The translations under genes and the position numbers were made by a program. 64,000 nucleotides of DNA from Octopus vulgaris (taxonomy: Eukaryota): positions 128,650,001-128,714,000 of the forward strand of contig OX597817.1 in assembly GCA_951406725.2 (NCBI GenBank), written 5' to 3'. Under the pieces are notes generated by a model, which saw only the letters and a list, made by a program, of their open reading frames with translations, ran no database searches and was not told the origin of the DNA. Shown here piece after piece: positions 24,758-37,238 of this stretch (positions are counted from its first letter, which is position 1; each line of letters starts with the position of its first letter).

Positions 24758-25793
24758 ATATTATTTATGGATTATTTCTTGAATTACCAGATTATAAATC
24801 CACATTTGTAGCTAAAATTGCTGGCATAATTGATTATGTTGTTAAATTTAAAATGAACAATCGTGAAAATACGGGCTTTTAGTCAAGGAAGGATGTGTAT
24901 TCTGAAAAGTTTAATATGTAAGTAGAGCGGGAGAAAAATATGAAAGACTTCTCTAGTTCATAATTATATATAGGTGCGTACGTGTGCATTCGTTTGAGCG
25001 CGCGTGTGTGTGTGTGAGTGTGTGTGTAAGAGGGGAGAAGTAGAGAGAAAACGAGAAAGAGTGTGTCGGAGTATGAAGAGAGAGAGAGAAAGAGAAAATA
25101 GAGTGGGGAAAGAAAGAGAAGCCGTCAAGCCGTCACATACTGTTGCACATTCCCCAATGAAATAAAAAAAAAAAACGCGTTGTTTACCCATAAGTTTTGT
25201 CGGCATAAATTTACGTCTGTATAGCAACAGGTAAGATAGACAGACAGGTATTCAAGTGTTTTTACCTCTTCGTTCACTCTCTTGTCGTTTCTGTCTTGTC
25301 TGGTTCGCTACTTGGCTGGTTGGTAAGTTGGGTGGCTGGTTGACTGTCTGTGTGACTTGTCGCGGCATGGCAACCAGCTCGTGCCTTCGACACGTGCTGG
25401 TGGAGCACTAAAGCACTGACCTGAAACGGTATCTTACCGCTAGTTACTGAGCTGTTTACTTGTTTACCTGTTTACCCTTTGTAAGCATTCTTTATATCCT
25501 CGGTACCATTTATGTGCTTCTTGAGAATATAAGTCTCCCATCTCAGTGCTTCTTATTATTATTCTTTTACTCGTTTCATTTGTCGGATTGCGACCAGAGT
25601 ACCACCCGCGAGATAGTGCTCTGGCCACACATCTCCTGGTGCCTATTCTCTCGCTCTCTTTATTCGATCCGCTAAGTCACAGACTCACTTAGAGAAACTA
25701 CAATAGTTGTCAAGCAGAAGTGGACACACACACGCGCGCATATACACAGAGGAAAACTTAGATAAACTCTTGTATGTTCCCTACATACATACT

Positions 25794-25838
<45 letters not shown>

Positions 25839-25907
25839 GCGTGGGGGTGGGGTACGTATGCTTGTGAGCACGTTGTGTCTATGTGTTTCTATATCTTTTA
25901 TCTTATA

Positions 25908-27218
25908 CAGGGTGGGGCAGAGAGGACGGACGTTTTTGAAATGGCTATTACTCAGCCCCAGTGGGAGGGACATATGTCTGACAGGTACCATTCCGTCCGT
26001 AGTGTCTTAGCATTTTTTTTTCTTTTCAGATGACGCCATGACGCGTGTTTGCCTACGACAATTACGTGAAGAATAACGAGTCTGTCACAGCAGCTCATCA
26101 TGAGTTTCGGCGCCACTTTAACATTCACCGAAATCAGGCTGTTCCCACCCATAACACAATCTTACTTTGGCTGAATGTACTTCGTACACGAGTTACACTA
26201 ATGAATAGAAGACCGGTGAGAGCACCACAAACGCTACAGACTCCGGAAAATGTGAAAGTTTTGACACAGAGTCTGAATCGTTTTGCTCGGTGGCATCCCA
26301 CTGAACTTGGCATCGATAATCGATCGGTAAGGTATATTTTGCATGAAGGCCTACATTTCCACCCGTACAAATCGGTCATTGGGCAGCAGTTGAAACCATG
26401 GGACTATGCACAGCGGTTTCGCACGTCAGATGGAAGCAATTTTTGTGGCAAATGACAAACTCATTTTGTTATTGAGTGATAAATCTCATTTTCATCACAA
26501 TGGGATGGTGAATCAACTGAACTGTCGTTATTGGGCTCTTGAAAGTCCGAGAGAACTGTACGAAAGACCACTGCACAGCCCAGATTTGAAGGTCTGATGT
26601 ACTGTTGGAAAAGCTGCCGTCATTGGTCCTTACTTTTCTTGAAGACAATAATGAAGATGTTGTTACTGTGAACTCCGAGCGTTACATCGAGATGATAAAC
26701 AACTTCGTGCTTGAAGTACGACGAAAACGTAGGTCTATTCGACGTGTGTGGTTTCAGCAGGATGGGGCGACGGCCCACACATCCAGAGCATCAATGAACG
26801 TTCTTCGTCTTCTCTTCGGTGACTGTCTCATTTCCTGGTGTGCTGACTGATATACCTTGGCCTCACCCCCACTCGGTCCCCTGATTTGTCCGTGTATGAT
26901 TATTTCTTGTGGGGAAACTTCAATCCACGTGTGTATGCGCATAAACCCCGTACATTGGACGATTTGAAGGAGGCTATTCGCGTGGAAGTCGAACAAATCG
27001 ACTGAGCAATTCTGGAGAAAGTGGAGGCCAACTTCCAAGAAGGCCTTCAGAAATGCATCAAGAAAAACGGATACCACATGATGGATATTGTTTTCCAGGG
27101 TTAATTTTGACAAATGCAAATTCAATACGGACACATTGATGTCAGTAACTTTGTCTGCAGCTATAATTAATGATTTTGTGAATTTTTCAAAAACGTCCGT
27201 CCTCCCTGCCCCACCCTG
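25908..27218 (+). mobile_element. Full-length decayed DD41D (rosa-type) Tc1/mariner transposon
   Basis: 33-bp TIRs CAGGGTGGGGCAG(A/G)GAGGACGGACGTTTTTGAAA with TA TSD (25906-07, 27219-20); ESVTAAHHEFRRHF, LSDKSHFH.NG.VN..NCRYWA, WFQQDGATAHT and DIPWP..PDLS..DYFLWG; D-D spacing of about 41 after correcting indels. Confidence 0.92.
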
Positions 27219-27227
27219 TATGTGTTG

Positions 27228-27647
27228 CAGACACTGGACTGAGTTCATGCTGGATGCACTACACTGAAGGATTCAGTCGAAGAAATCTTTCTCACAAACC
27301 TGGTATTGACTCACTCGGTCTCTTTTGTAGAACTGCTAAGTTACGGAGACGTAAACAAACCGACACCTCTTATCAAGCAGTGGTGGGGTATTGACAGAAT
27401 GACGCACACACACATACACACACACACACACACACGCACGCACGCACACACACACACACACACATACACACATACACACAGAAATATACAATGGGTTTCT
27501 TTCAGTTTCTGTTCGTAAAAGCCACTCAGAAGGGTTTAGTCGACGCAGTGCTATAGCAGAAGACACTTATCCAAGTTGTCGCGCAGTGAAGTTGAACCAG
27601 AAATCCCATTATTGCAAAGTGAGCTTGTTAACCACACAACCACGCCT
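27228..27647 (-). mobile_element. SINE family A (decayed)
   Basis: gctaagttacggagacgtaaacaaacc...(CA)n...gaagacactt...aaccacacaaccacgcctg. Confidence 0.75.
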
Positions 27648-28400
27648 GTTACTCTGTCACTCTTTGCCTTAGCCTCTTTTTCTGTCCTTTTCTTTCGCTC
27701 ATCACCTTTCCCTTCAACTAAGTAACAGACGAAAAAAAACTTAGTTTAAAAAAAAAACAATTATACGTTTCACTCACCACCACCTCTCTCTCTCCCCTCA
27801 CCTCCTTTTCCTCATCTCCCCCTCTCTTCTTTCCATTCCCCTCCCCTCCTCCTTCAACTAATCACGTGGAAACGTTACAGACGGGCTAAGTAACGGACAA
27901 ACAAGCAGAATTATAAGATAATAACTTCTGATTTGGCATGTTTACTTTGGTTTAATGTTCTACAGTTTTATATTCTATATTTTTTTTTCATTTCCTTTAT
28001 TTTCTATACTTTAGTAGCATTTTTCTGACGATTTATGGTGGAAATTTAGTATTTATATTTGTGCTTCGTAAACTTTAAGCAAGCATCGACTTAATGAACA
28101 CATCCAACTTATGTTTGGATACTGCTACATGTACCCTATAACTAGGCAGCGTTTATTCTTTTTAAGTTGCTATCACCACCATATTGAATGGTACTGCCCA
28201 GGGCTCGAAATCATAATGGTATCCGTTAGGCAGCTGAATATGGGGGATATGACGTTTCTGATGTTTATTAATTCATTTGTATATGCTTTTCGTTATGAAT
28301 CATGTATATATGGTATTCTTATAGTTTCGCTATTGTCCTTCATTGAGATTCTAGCTGCGATAAACGTAGATTTGTTCATGGATTTTATGGTTTATGGTGG

Positions 28401-28444
<44 letters not shown>

Positions 28445-29389
28445 ATATGGGGAGTGGGCTACGGTTAGCCATTGTATTGCAATACATAATAGAGATGTTA
28501 AAAGTCAAACGATACCTGTGTCTGCAGCTTTTTATAATGAAGAAAGGGATTGCACTGAACCCATCTCACTCTCCAAACAACGTATCCATTTGCTCAAACA
28601 GAAGAACTAATCAACATTGTTGGATGCAAACGAAGTCGCAGGTGTTGCGTCAGAGGTTTCTTTATCCTAGAAAAATATCGAAACAAAATCTAGGGGTTTC
28701 TCACTCCCAGATGCTGGATGGCCGCTAACTTTACTGAGTTCACCCACCCTTTGACAGGCTTTGTTCTTGCCCTGTCGGGTGTCCAACGAAAATTACTCTC
28801 TTTAACAAGCGAATCTGGTAAGATTGCTGGTTTGATCACCGGTGGCCCAAACATGAAACAAGTTGTATTGAGTTAAATATTACTAGTAGTACTATGAATA
28901 ACTTGACATCTATACATACATAGATATAATCATACAGTTATAAATTTGTAGAGTAATATAGATCCTGTGGCAATCACAGAAGGCTACTCTAGTGGACTCC
29001 GGCTATCAAAAATTGCTTCCACATAATAATCCAATACGGAAGAGTTCAGTGTAGAGTTCTATGCAGCTGAAATTTAAGTGATCTAATCGCTGAAATTATT
29101 TCATAAAATGTTTATCCACCACAAAAAGTTAGGAGGTATAATAGGTAAATATATTTATTTAACCACTTGATATCCGTAGTATTACAGCCGCTTCGCAGCC
29201 TTCATCATGTAATAATAATTTCAGTGTATAATAAATTACTTTTCATGTCTGCACCAATATGCATGCTACACATTGTACAGTGTAAGTGTACAATTACAAA
29301 TCAATGCAGTTATAGAAGGCTAGCACTTCAGATGTTCAGAAAATCATGGTTACACCAATACTTCAGCATATATATAAATATATATAACG

Positions 29390-29560
29390 GGAAGGTTTAC
29401 GAAAATAAACAAAAGACGAAGGCAGGTGGAGTACAAACAAACAAATGTATTAGTACAGCGCTCAGGAATAGAAATAGAAAAAGTATTTTACGTTTCGCGC
29501 CTACGCTCTTCGACAGAAAGATACACAGAAAAAAAAACAAGGAGAGAAAAAAATATAAGA
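29390..29560 (-). mobile_element. PLE pLTR-like element with minimal HHR-like motif (29485-29520)
   Basis: Minus strand CTTT-CTGTCGA-A-GAGC-GTAG-GCGC-GAAA-CG-TA-AAAT; aligns with 61130-61300. Confidence 0.75.
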
Positions 29561-29575
29561 GAGAAAAGGAGAGAA

Positions 29576-29608
<33 letters not shown>

Positions 29609-30424
29609 TGTATGTATGTATGTATGTATGTATGTATAGAGAGGAAGAGAGACAGACAGACAACCATAGATAGATAGATAGGTAAATAGATAGATAGATC
29701 GAAATACACATACATACATGTATATAAGCTGTATTTACGTTTACATTACTACGCTCACCAATTTATCTGCCTACAGGATTACTCGCTAAACCTCTCCAGC
29801 CTACATTGAGCTTATACACGACGTCTGACCCACAAGGTAGTCTTATCTAACAGCAGTAGCAGCAGGAGAGTGGTCTACTTGAAAAACAAATAATAGAAAA
29901 ATACTGCCTCTATCTCTCATTTATCGATTGCGTCGTACTTTACTGAGTGTAACTTATCCTTGTTGATTCTCATAAGTACTAGCATATCGCCACTATTCCT
30001 GGCACCCCTATCACCACCATCACCACCACCACCACCATAACCACCACCACCACCACCACCGCCACCACCATACCACCACACCACCAAAACTACCTCCACC
30101 ACCACCACCACAACAACAACATCTACTACACTCACTATAAGGACAACCGCCGTCACAACTATAGCCATTACTATTACTAGTACAGTATGAACAACAGTAA
30201 CACTATTTCCCTTACTACTCCCTATAGTGCAAGCCACCCTCTCCGCAAGCAATGCAAATAACAAGCAATATCACAAAGGCAAAGGGCTTTTTTGGCGTTT
30301 TTGTAGATAGCTTAGACGGGTGGATATTATCGGCTGATGGTTTTAAATGTGTTTTTAGAAAATGCTCAGAAATAAAATAGAAGGCAGAATAGATTGTATA
30401 GGGATGTCTTGCTGTAAACAGCCT

Positions 30425-30745
30425 GGCTTTCCGTCGCTTGCGATGACGAGTGTTCCAGCGGATACGATCAACGAAACAGACTGCTCGCGAAATTAGCGTA
30501 CAAGTGGATGAGCACTCCACAGACACATGTACCCTTAATGCAGTTCTTGGGGTGATGCAGCTTGACACAGAATGCGACAAGGCTGGCCCTTTGAAATATT
30601 AAGTACAATTCATTTTTGCGAGCTGAGTGGTCTGGAGCAACGTGAAATAAAATGTTTTGCTCATGAACACAACACGTCATTGGGGATTGAACTGACAAAC
30701 TTAATATTGTGAGCCGAACACACTAGCTACCTGAGCCACGCTGGC
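30425..30745 (-). mobile_element. SINE with family D head and family C body
   Basis: Reverse complement of the 19510-19800 organisation. Confidence 0.75.
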
Positions 30746-30759
30746 TAAAAAAATTATAT

Positions 30760-30960
30760 TTTCTATTAAAGGTACGAGGCCTGAAATTTTGGGAGAGGAG
30801 ACTAATTGATTACATCGAACCCAGTGTTTCATTGGTACTTAATTTATCGACCCCGAAAGGATGAAAGGCAAAGTCGACCTCGGAACTCAGAACGTAAGGA
30901 CGGGCGAAACACTGTTAAGGATGTCGTCCGGCGTACTAACGTCTCTGCCAGCTCGCTACT
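30760..30960 (-). mobile_element. SINE family B
   Basis: atttatcgaccccgaaaggatgaaaggcaaagtcgacctcgg. Confidence 0.85.
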
Positions 30961-31009
30961 TTAAAATAAATAGTTAAAGATAATGAAAAAAAAAATAATA
31001 ATAATGAAC

Positions 31010-31370
31010 ACGAGGTGGACAAAATTGGAAGAGTGTTAGAATACTCAGCCAATCAAAGCTGAAGTTTACTAATTGAGATTGAAACTAACCTAAAACAAGT
31101 TTTCTACACACTCATTATCATAAAGCTGGCAAACACTCCTCGTTTCATAAAACTAATTAGAGAACTAGCTACATAATTCAATACTGCAATGCCACACCCT
31201 CAAGTATTAAGCATATTACTGGTAACGTTAACAGACGCACCTCAGCATCATATAACTAAGCATCATATAATGAAACGTTTGACCGATTGAGCTTCAAGGG
31301 CAAAATACTCACATACTTCCAACTCCACAGGAACAAAAACAGACAAATGTAGGAACATTATGCGCAAAAG
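31010..31370 (+). pseudogene. Decayed Penelope-like (PLE) reverse transcriptase C-terminal remnant
   Basis: LLIEIETNLKQVF / GKHSSFHKTN*RTSYIIQYCNATPSSIKHITGNVNRRTSAS..YNETFDRLSFKGKILTY follows the PLE pattern NLK.vnFLD..G...pf.KpN...YI...SnhPps.iK.I...vnrRiS...YneAL..sGf; frameshift and stops. Confidence 0.65.
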
Positions 31371-31473
31371 TGTCTCATACAGAACTAAATTATCACATCG
31401 AAAATGTTCATGTATAAGAGGACAATTAAGCGATGACATTACTAGAATTCAAGTTACAACCATTATGTATATA

Positions 31474-31549
<76 letters not shown>

Positions 31550-31555
<6 letters not shown>

Positions 31556-31902
31556 CGCTCTTGGGATCTACTGGTAACATGAAACCCAGTATAACCTGTT
31601 GCACGGTCGAGTCGTCGGCGACTACACCGGCAACCCCATCAAGCTTGCTTGGTGAGGAGGCTGATTGTTGATTACCCTGCAAGACGAAAAATAAGCTCTG
31701 TCAAAGGGCGGAAGAGCTCATGAGCAATCAACGGCCATCAACAATATGTGTACATGAATATGCATGCATGCATGTATGCGCAGGGACGTGGAAATACCTG
31801 AATTGGTGTCCAGGAGCAAGGTTGGCCCACTAGGAGTGGGTGACCTCTCTACTGTTGTCACAGCATCTCTCTAGGAGAGGGAAACTCCGAGATAAAACCT
31901 GC
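31550..31902 (+). mobile_element. Probable RTE-clade LINE 5'UTR fragment
   Basis: GC-richer structured segment (hairpin GTTGC..AGTCG/CGACT..GCAAC) ending tctaggagagggaaactc...aaacc, a motif recalled from RTE 5' regions; begins at (TG)n. Confidence 0.45.
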
Positions 31903-33369
31903 AACACTAACAATATTTGAAGCTGTACATTAGGGCTTCTTTTCGAGTTTATATTGTCCATGTTCAGAGAGAGGGTTAGATTTGTACAAATCCTTTCCCC
32001 ACAATAAAAAAATCATCATACCTGTGCATGATGAAAAAAAAAGTAAGACCTATCACAAAATGACTGGTCGTAGCCTTCGCATATGTGGGACATTCGATCT
32101 GGCAATGGCAATACTCGAACACGAGTTCGCAGCTATCATGTATATATGTATGTCTTCATTGATACATATGTTACATCGTTCATATTATACATATAATATC
32201 ATAGATCTAAATTCGATGAAATTCAATGAAATGTTTCTAAATCTAGCAGGCACTTTGATAAGCTTTGTATGAAAATTTGTGAAATGTCTGTCTATATAAG
32301 AGATGCTAACTATTTTTGTGATCGAAGTATCGAGTTTTTTAAAGTACAAAACACCCCCACTCGCACGCTCGAAAAAAATGCGTAATAGCATAAACAGAAA
32401 TAAAGAAAAGAGCAATTCTGGGAAGCGGGTATTTTTTGACAGAGAGAAAAACACCAACTGAGATTCAGGTTCGAGTGTGAGTGACATTTCATAACATCCG
32501 TTGTTATTGCTTTGACGTATTAACCAAAATATTATGTTAATTTAGATCCGCAGTGTTTCGACTCATTGAAGGTGACACAATTCCAATCTGTTCTGTTGTC
32601 ATAGCAAACATTGATGTTTTCGTTCTTCTAATCCATATTAGATCAGGCACTTCCATGAAAATAGCACTGACGGACACTGGAGCAATGGCATTAATGATGT
32701 ATAAATTTCCTTCGTAAATTGTAGCCTCTCGTACTTTCTTGTTATTAAATTAAGTACTAGGGCAACCCGTGGCAGCTCTGCGGTATAAGTCAGCATATCA
32801 TTGAATATCTACTTTCCCGTCTGCCGATGTATTGTATCACTCTCTCATAATACAGATGAGTATTTAAACCGAATATAGAAAAAATAAATTATAATGGCGG
32901 TATCCCAGCATGGCCGCAGCCTTTGGTTGGAACATCTAAAAAATAAAAATGCAACATTCATAGCTGTTTGCTAATTAAGGTTATTTCGCTTTAACCTGAC
33001 TATATTTCTTACTGCGTAAATTTAAAGATCTTCACGATAGTGTTTCGTTTTGTTAAACATTTCGATTGTGCTTGCGATTAGAACTCTCAAATGTAGAATA
33101 ATATAGATATTCTCTCTCTCTTTCTTTCTTCCTTTCCTTCTTTCTTTCTTCCTTTCTTTATTTCCTTCCTTCTTTCTTTCTTTCTTTCTTTCTTTCCCTC
33201 TCACTCCTCTCTCATGTTTTCCCATTCTATGTTTTGGCTGATTTCACTGTTTCCATTTCGTATCTCTCTTTATCTGCCTCTCACCCCTTTCACTCTTACC
33301 TTCCTTGGCGTAAGCGTAACACACGGACAAAATTAAACAGGCTGCAGGAACGCAGTGGATAATATAACT

Positions 33370-33510
33370 ATATGGTTAAATATAGTGGTTAGGGTGTTGT
33401 ACTCACAATCATCATATCGAGGTTTCGATTCCCAGACAGTTGTGCTCTTAAGCAAAACACCAAATTTCACATTGCACCACTCAGCTATAAACAGGTAACT
33501 TAACGACGGA
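33370..33510 (+). mobile_element. SINE head (D-like)
   Basis: tagtggttagggtgtt..actcac..tc....gaggtttcgattccc A/B-box-like head, followed by agcaaaacac. Confidence 0.65.
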
Positions 33511-33557
33511 AAATGATGGCCTACCCGCCTGGTCAGCCGGATGGAAACAGTCTAGAG

Positions 33558-34184
33558 TAGAGATTCTCTACCATTTAATTTTTTTTTATCTATAGATTCT
33601 TTTGATTACTATCGAAAGACATTCGATATTTAAAATTTAGTTTTATAGAAATTTCTTTCAAACTTCTTATTTTGTTTTTCAGATATTAACTTGTGTAGGT
33701 TGAACTATGTAAAATGCTAGGGAAAAAACCTGACTGTTTCTTGCATACATCTAAAGCAAAATTTCTTCAGGGGTCCTTAAAATACTATTTTGTTGTGTAC
33801 CCCCAGTTCCACAAAAAAAATGTCTTATATGGACCCCGGTTAGGAATCACTGGGCAGGGTTTCTCACCCATTTTAACCTAAGGACCTCTTTTATGTTCTG
33901 CTTTATTCTGATGGATCCCCATTGCCATTCAATGTTAAAAACTAGTTTCATAAAAATTTATTTCAAAATTCCTAATTTTTTTTCACCCTTTAACTTGTGT
34001 AGGTTGAACTATGTAAAATGTTAGAGACAAGAAACCTGTTTATTTTTTTTTGCAATATACACCAATGCATATATCTAAAATAAAAATTTTTCAGGGGCCC
34101 TTAAAATACTATTGTAGGTCCCCAATTCACTATTTCGTTGAATGGACAACCCCGAAATCTTACATGGACCCCGATTAACAGCTA
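33558..34184. mobile_element. Head-to-tail dimer of a hAT-like MITE
   Basis: Two related monomers (33558-33852, 33855-34184) share taacttgtgtaggttgaactatgtaaaatg; flanks GTCTAGAG (33550-57) and GTTTAGAG (34185-92); same family as 62646-63400. Confidence 0.75.
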
Positions 34185-34806
34185 GTTTAGAGCTTCTTTG
34201 CATTGTGATCAACGGTGTATGAGAACATCGGATTATATGATCGAGACGTGTATGTATATATACTCACACACACTCAGACATACAGACACACACGCAAACA
34301 TACACACACGCACACACATAAATATATATGAAGAAAGGACAAAGGTATACAACATAGCACATGAGATACATTGTCGAGTTATTAAAATATCTTTTTTTTC
34401 AAGAGAAGATTAAGCAAACACCTTTAAGTAGCACCACACACAACACCAGATGAGAAAGCTAGAGAATCACAAGAATCGGGAATTTTCCAAATATTGACAT
34501 GCATTTAGGGAAAAGATAGTTTGATTATCTGGACAAAAGAAAACAAGTCTGTACATATGTTCTTGCTTCACCTGACGTTAGCCTCACAGCAATCATCCTA
34601 CCTTGATTTCAGCAGACAAGATAGTGACAAACAGAGAAAATGACACACTAACACCACATACGAGCACACATACACAAGCACACACACAAGCATACAAGCG
34701 CACATACACACACAAACATACAAGCACACAGACACGCGCACACAAGTACACAAGCACATACACTCTCTGTCTGTCTGCGTCTCTCTCTCTCTCTCTCTCT
34801 CTCTGC

Positions 34807-34879
<73 letters not shown>

Positions 34880-34887
34880 CATACATA

Positions 34888-35177
34888 GGAGCGCGCATGG
34901 CCTAGAAGTTAGGGTGCTAGACGCGAGATCGTGGTTTCAATTCCTAGCCCGGGAGGTGTGTTGTGCTCTTGAGCAAAGTACTTCATCTCACGTTGTCTAC
35001 GATCACTTTGACACCTGACGCGTGGTACACTGTGCACCTGTTCAGGCAATGTTGATTTGACGAAGGGAGTGGGCCAATGTACAGCATGTACATTTAATCA
35101 CTATAACCAAATCATTTGTGCAGGTCGTTCGGCAAAATCTGATCGCTCATATGTCGTTTTCGACAGGAGAGTCTGTC
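34888..35177 (+). mobile_element. SINE with D-like head and a third tail type (copy at 59120-59392)
   Basis: gttagggtg...cttgagcaaa...catctcacgttg...gatcactt.gacac.tgacgcgtgg.acac...gcacctgttcag is shared with 59120-59392. Confidence 0.8.
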
Positions 35178-35334
35178 ATATATATATATATATATATTAT
35201 ATTAAATTAGAGATAAAACCACTATTAGGCAAATCAAACAATGAAAAACTTAAGCCAATACATAAAATTAATTAATTTATATTATTTTAAATATATATCA
35301 AAAGTATTAAAAGTTTAATAAAAGATAATGAGTA

Positions 35335-35409
35335 AAACACTACGATCGTTTCATGGCTGTCCAATTCGTAATAATTCGAGTTATGGTTACAGTCAATCTT
35401 CAGGTAATT
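35335..35409 (-). ncRNA. Type I hammerhead ribozyme motif (mirror copy)
   Basis: Exact reverse complement of 35464-35538. Confidence 0.65.
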
Positions 35410-35463
35410 GAAATATTTATCTTAGCGAGGTTTAGCAATGAACCTCGCTAAGATAAATATTTC

Positions 35464-35538
35464 AATTACCTGAAGATTGACTGTAACCATAACTCGAATT
35501 ATTACGAATTGGACAGCCATGAAACGATCGTAGTGTTT
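35464..35538 (+). ncRNA. Type I hammerhead ribozyme motif
   Basis: CTGAAGA (35470-76), stem II TGACTGT/ACAGCCA with a U.U closing pair, GAAA (35521-24), C-GATC-G palindromic stem III, GUA triplet (35530-32), imperfect stem I AATTAC/GTGTTT. Confidence 0.65.
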
Positions 35539-35755
35539 TACTCATTATCTTTTATTAAACTTTTAATACTTTTGATATATATTTAAAATAATATAAATTA
35601 ATTAATTTTATGAATTGGCTTAAGTTTTTCATTGTTTGATTTGCCTAATAGTGGTTTTATCTCTAATTTAATATAATATAATATTTTACTATAAAATTGG
35701 ATTCAATCCTAAATCTGATTTTTCCCTGTAAGTTTGCATTTATTCCCTAATATTT

Positions 35756-35786
<31 letters not shown>

Positions 35787-35810
35787 TTATATTATATTAC
35801 ATTTAGGCGT

Positions 35811-35963
35811 TTACTCGTTTCAGTCATTTGACTGCAGTCATACTGGAGCACCGCATTTAGTCGAGCAAATCGACCCCAGGACTTATTCTTTGTAAGCCTA
35901 GTACTTATTCTATCGGTCTTTTTTGCCGAATCGCCAATTTACGGGGACGCAAACACAGACACA

Positions 35964-36043
<80 letters not shown>

Positions 36044-36212
36044 TATAGACGACGGGCTTCTTTGAGTTTCCGTCTACCAAATCCACTCACAAGGCTTTGG
36101 TCGGCCCAAGGCTATAGTAGAAGACACTTGCCTAAGATGCCACGCAGTGGGACTGAACCCGGAACCATGTGGTTCGTAAACAAGCTACTTACCGCACGGC
36201 CGCTCCTGCGCC
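35811..36212 (-). mobile_element. SINE family A, full length
   Basis: Both halves present with an internal (CA)n; B-box-like GGTTCAGTCCC in the head. Confidence 0.9.
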
Positions 36213-36479
36213 TGGGTTTGCTGGGGTTTTTTTCTTGAAGACACACTCTTTCTGGTAAGGCAATTTGACGTCTATCTCTAGCGTATAGGAATCCACTTTG
36301 TAATAAATTGTAATATGATTTTTAAACCTTCAGAGTATGAATAAAAAGAGAAATAGCGAAATAATGAATAAAATGAAGGGAATACATACATAAATACATG
36401 CCTACACACACACACGCACATACACACACATAAATTTCGTGCTGCATCTCTACATTTATATATATATATATATATAATA

Positions 36480-36731
36480 ACAATTTAATAAATAAAACAT
36501 ATGCATACATACATATATGTACATACCTACACCTATATGTATATATACATGCATATATGAGTACAGGACACCACAAATAAACGTAGAACACAACGAGAAA
36601 CGAAAACAAAACCAAACAAGGAAACGGACTTTTTTTTTAACAACGAAAAAACAGAGTACAAGACAAACAACACAAGGAACATTTCCCTTCTTCAGCTGCT
36701 CCTGTTTCGACTCAATGCGTGTTTCGAAGGT
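36480..36731 (-). mobile_element. Copy of the 15290-15652 repeat family
   Basis: Minus strand ccttcgaaacacgc...cagctgaagaaggg...gtcctgtac...gtatgcatatgttttattta. Confidence 0.75.
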
Positions 36732-37170
36732 ATATATATATACACCAAGAATCACACTAATAGTTTAGGAGCGAAATTTAGAATTTCTCGGTTCGCTGTG
36801 AATCATTTTGATTAAACTTTTCCCAGCTGGTTTGCACACTGTGGCAATAACACTGATATGTTTTCATTTCTTTGTGTAACGGCCCTTCTTTTTAATTTCA
36901 GATTCTTCAGTTTTTGGGTGAACCACGCTAATAGCATTTGATTTGTTTTTTTCAGAAAATGAATGATATATATTATTCATACATTAAGTATATCTTTAAC
37001 TGAAAGCCATAATATTGTAGCATTTATTGATATAATGAGTTATTTAGCTACATGAGCGCCAAGGGAGAAACGATCCGATTGTGGGACCTCCAAGATTGTG
37101 AGAGCTAGGGATTTAAGAAGTATTGGCCGCAAGTTACGTGGGGAACCTGGACAAACATGTACATACAAGC

Positions 37171-37238
<68 letters not shown>

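Larger units (their letters stand above)
35198..35760. mobile_element. Near-perfect palindrome (235-bp arms, 8-nt spacer) plus ~85-nt one-sided tail; inverted PLE pLTR-like pair in (TA)n
   Basis: Arms 35198-35432 and 35441-35675 with one visible mismatch; spacer TAGCAATG; HHR in each arm. Confidence 0.9.

Noticed and set aside
28111-28728. 205-aa ORF
   Set aside because: Spans a (TA)n tract and unrelated repeat fragments; no recognisable motif
29917-30264. Gly/Val-rich membrane-like ORF
   Set aside because: Derived from degenerate (CAC)n/(TAC)n microsatellites
31550-31640. HDV-like ribozyme at the start of the RTE-like 5'UTR
   Set aside because: I can see only simple hairpins, not the nested double pseudoknot
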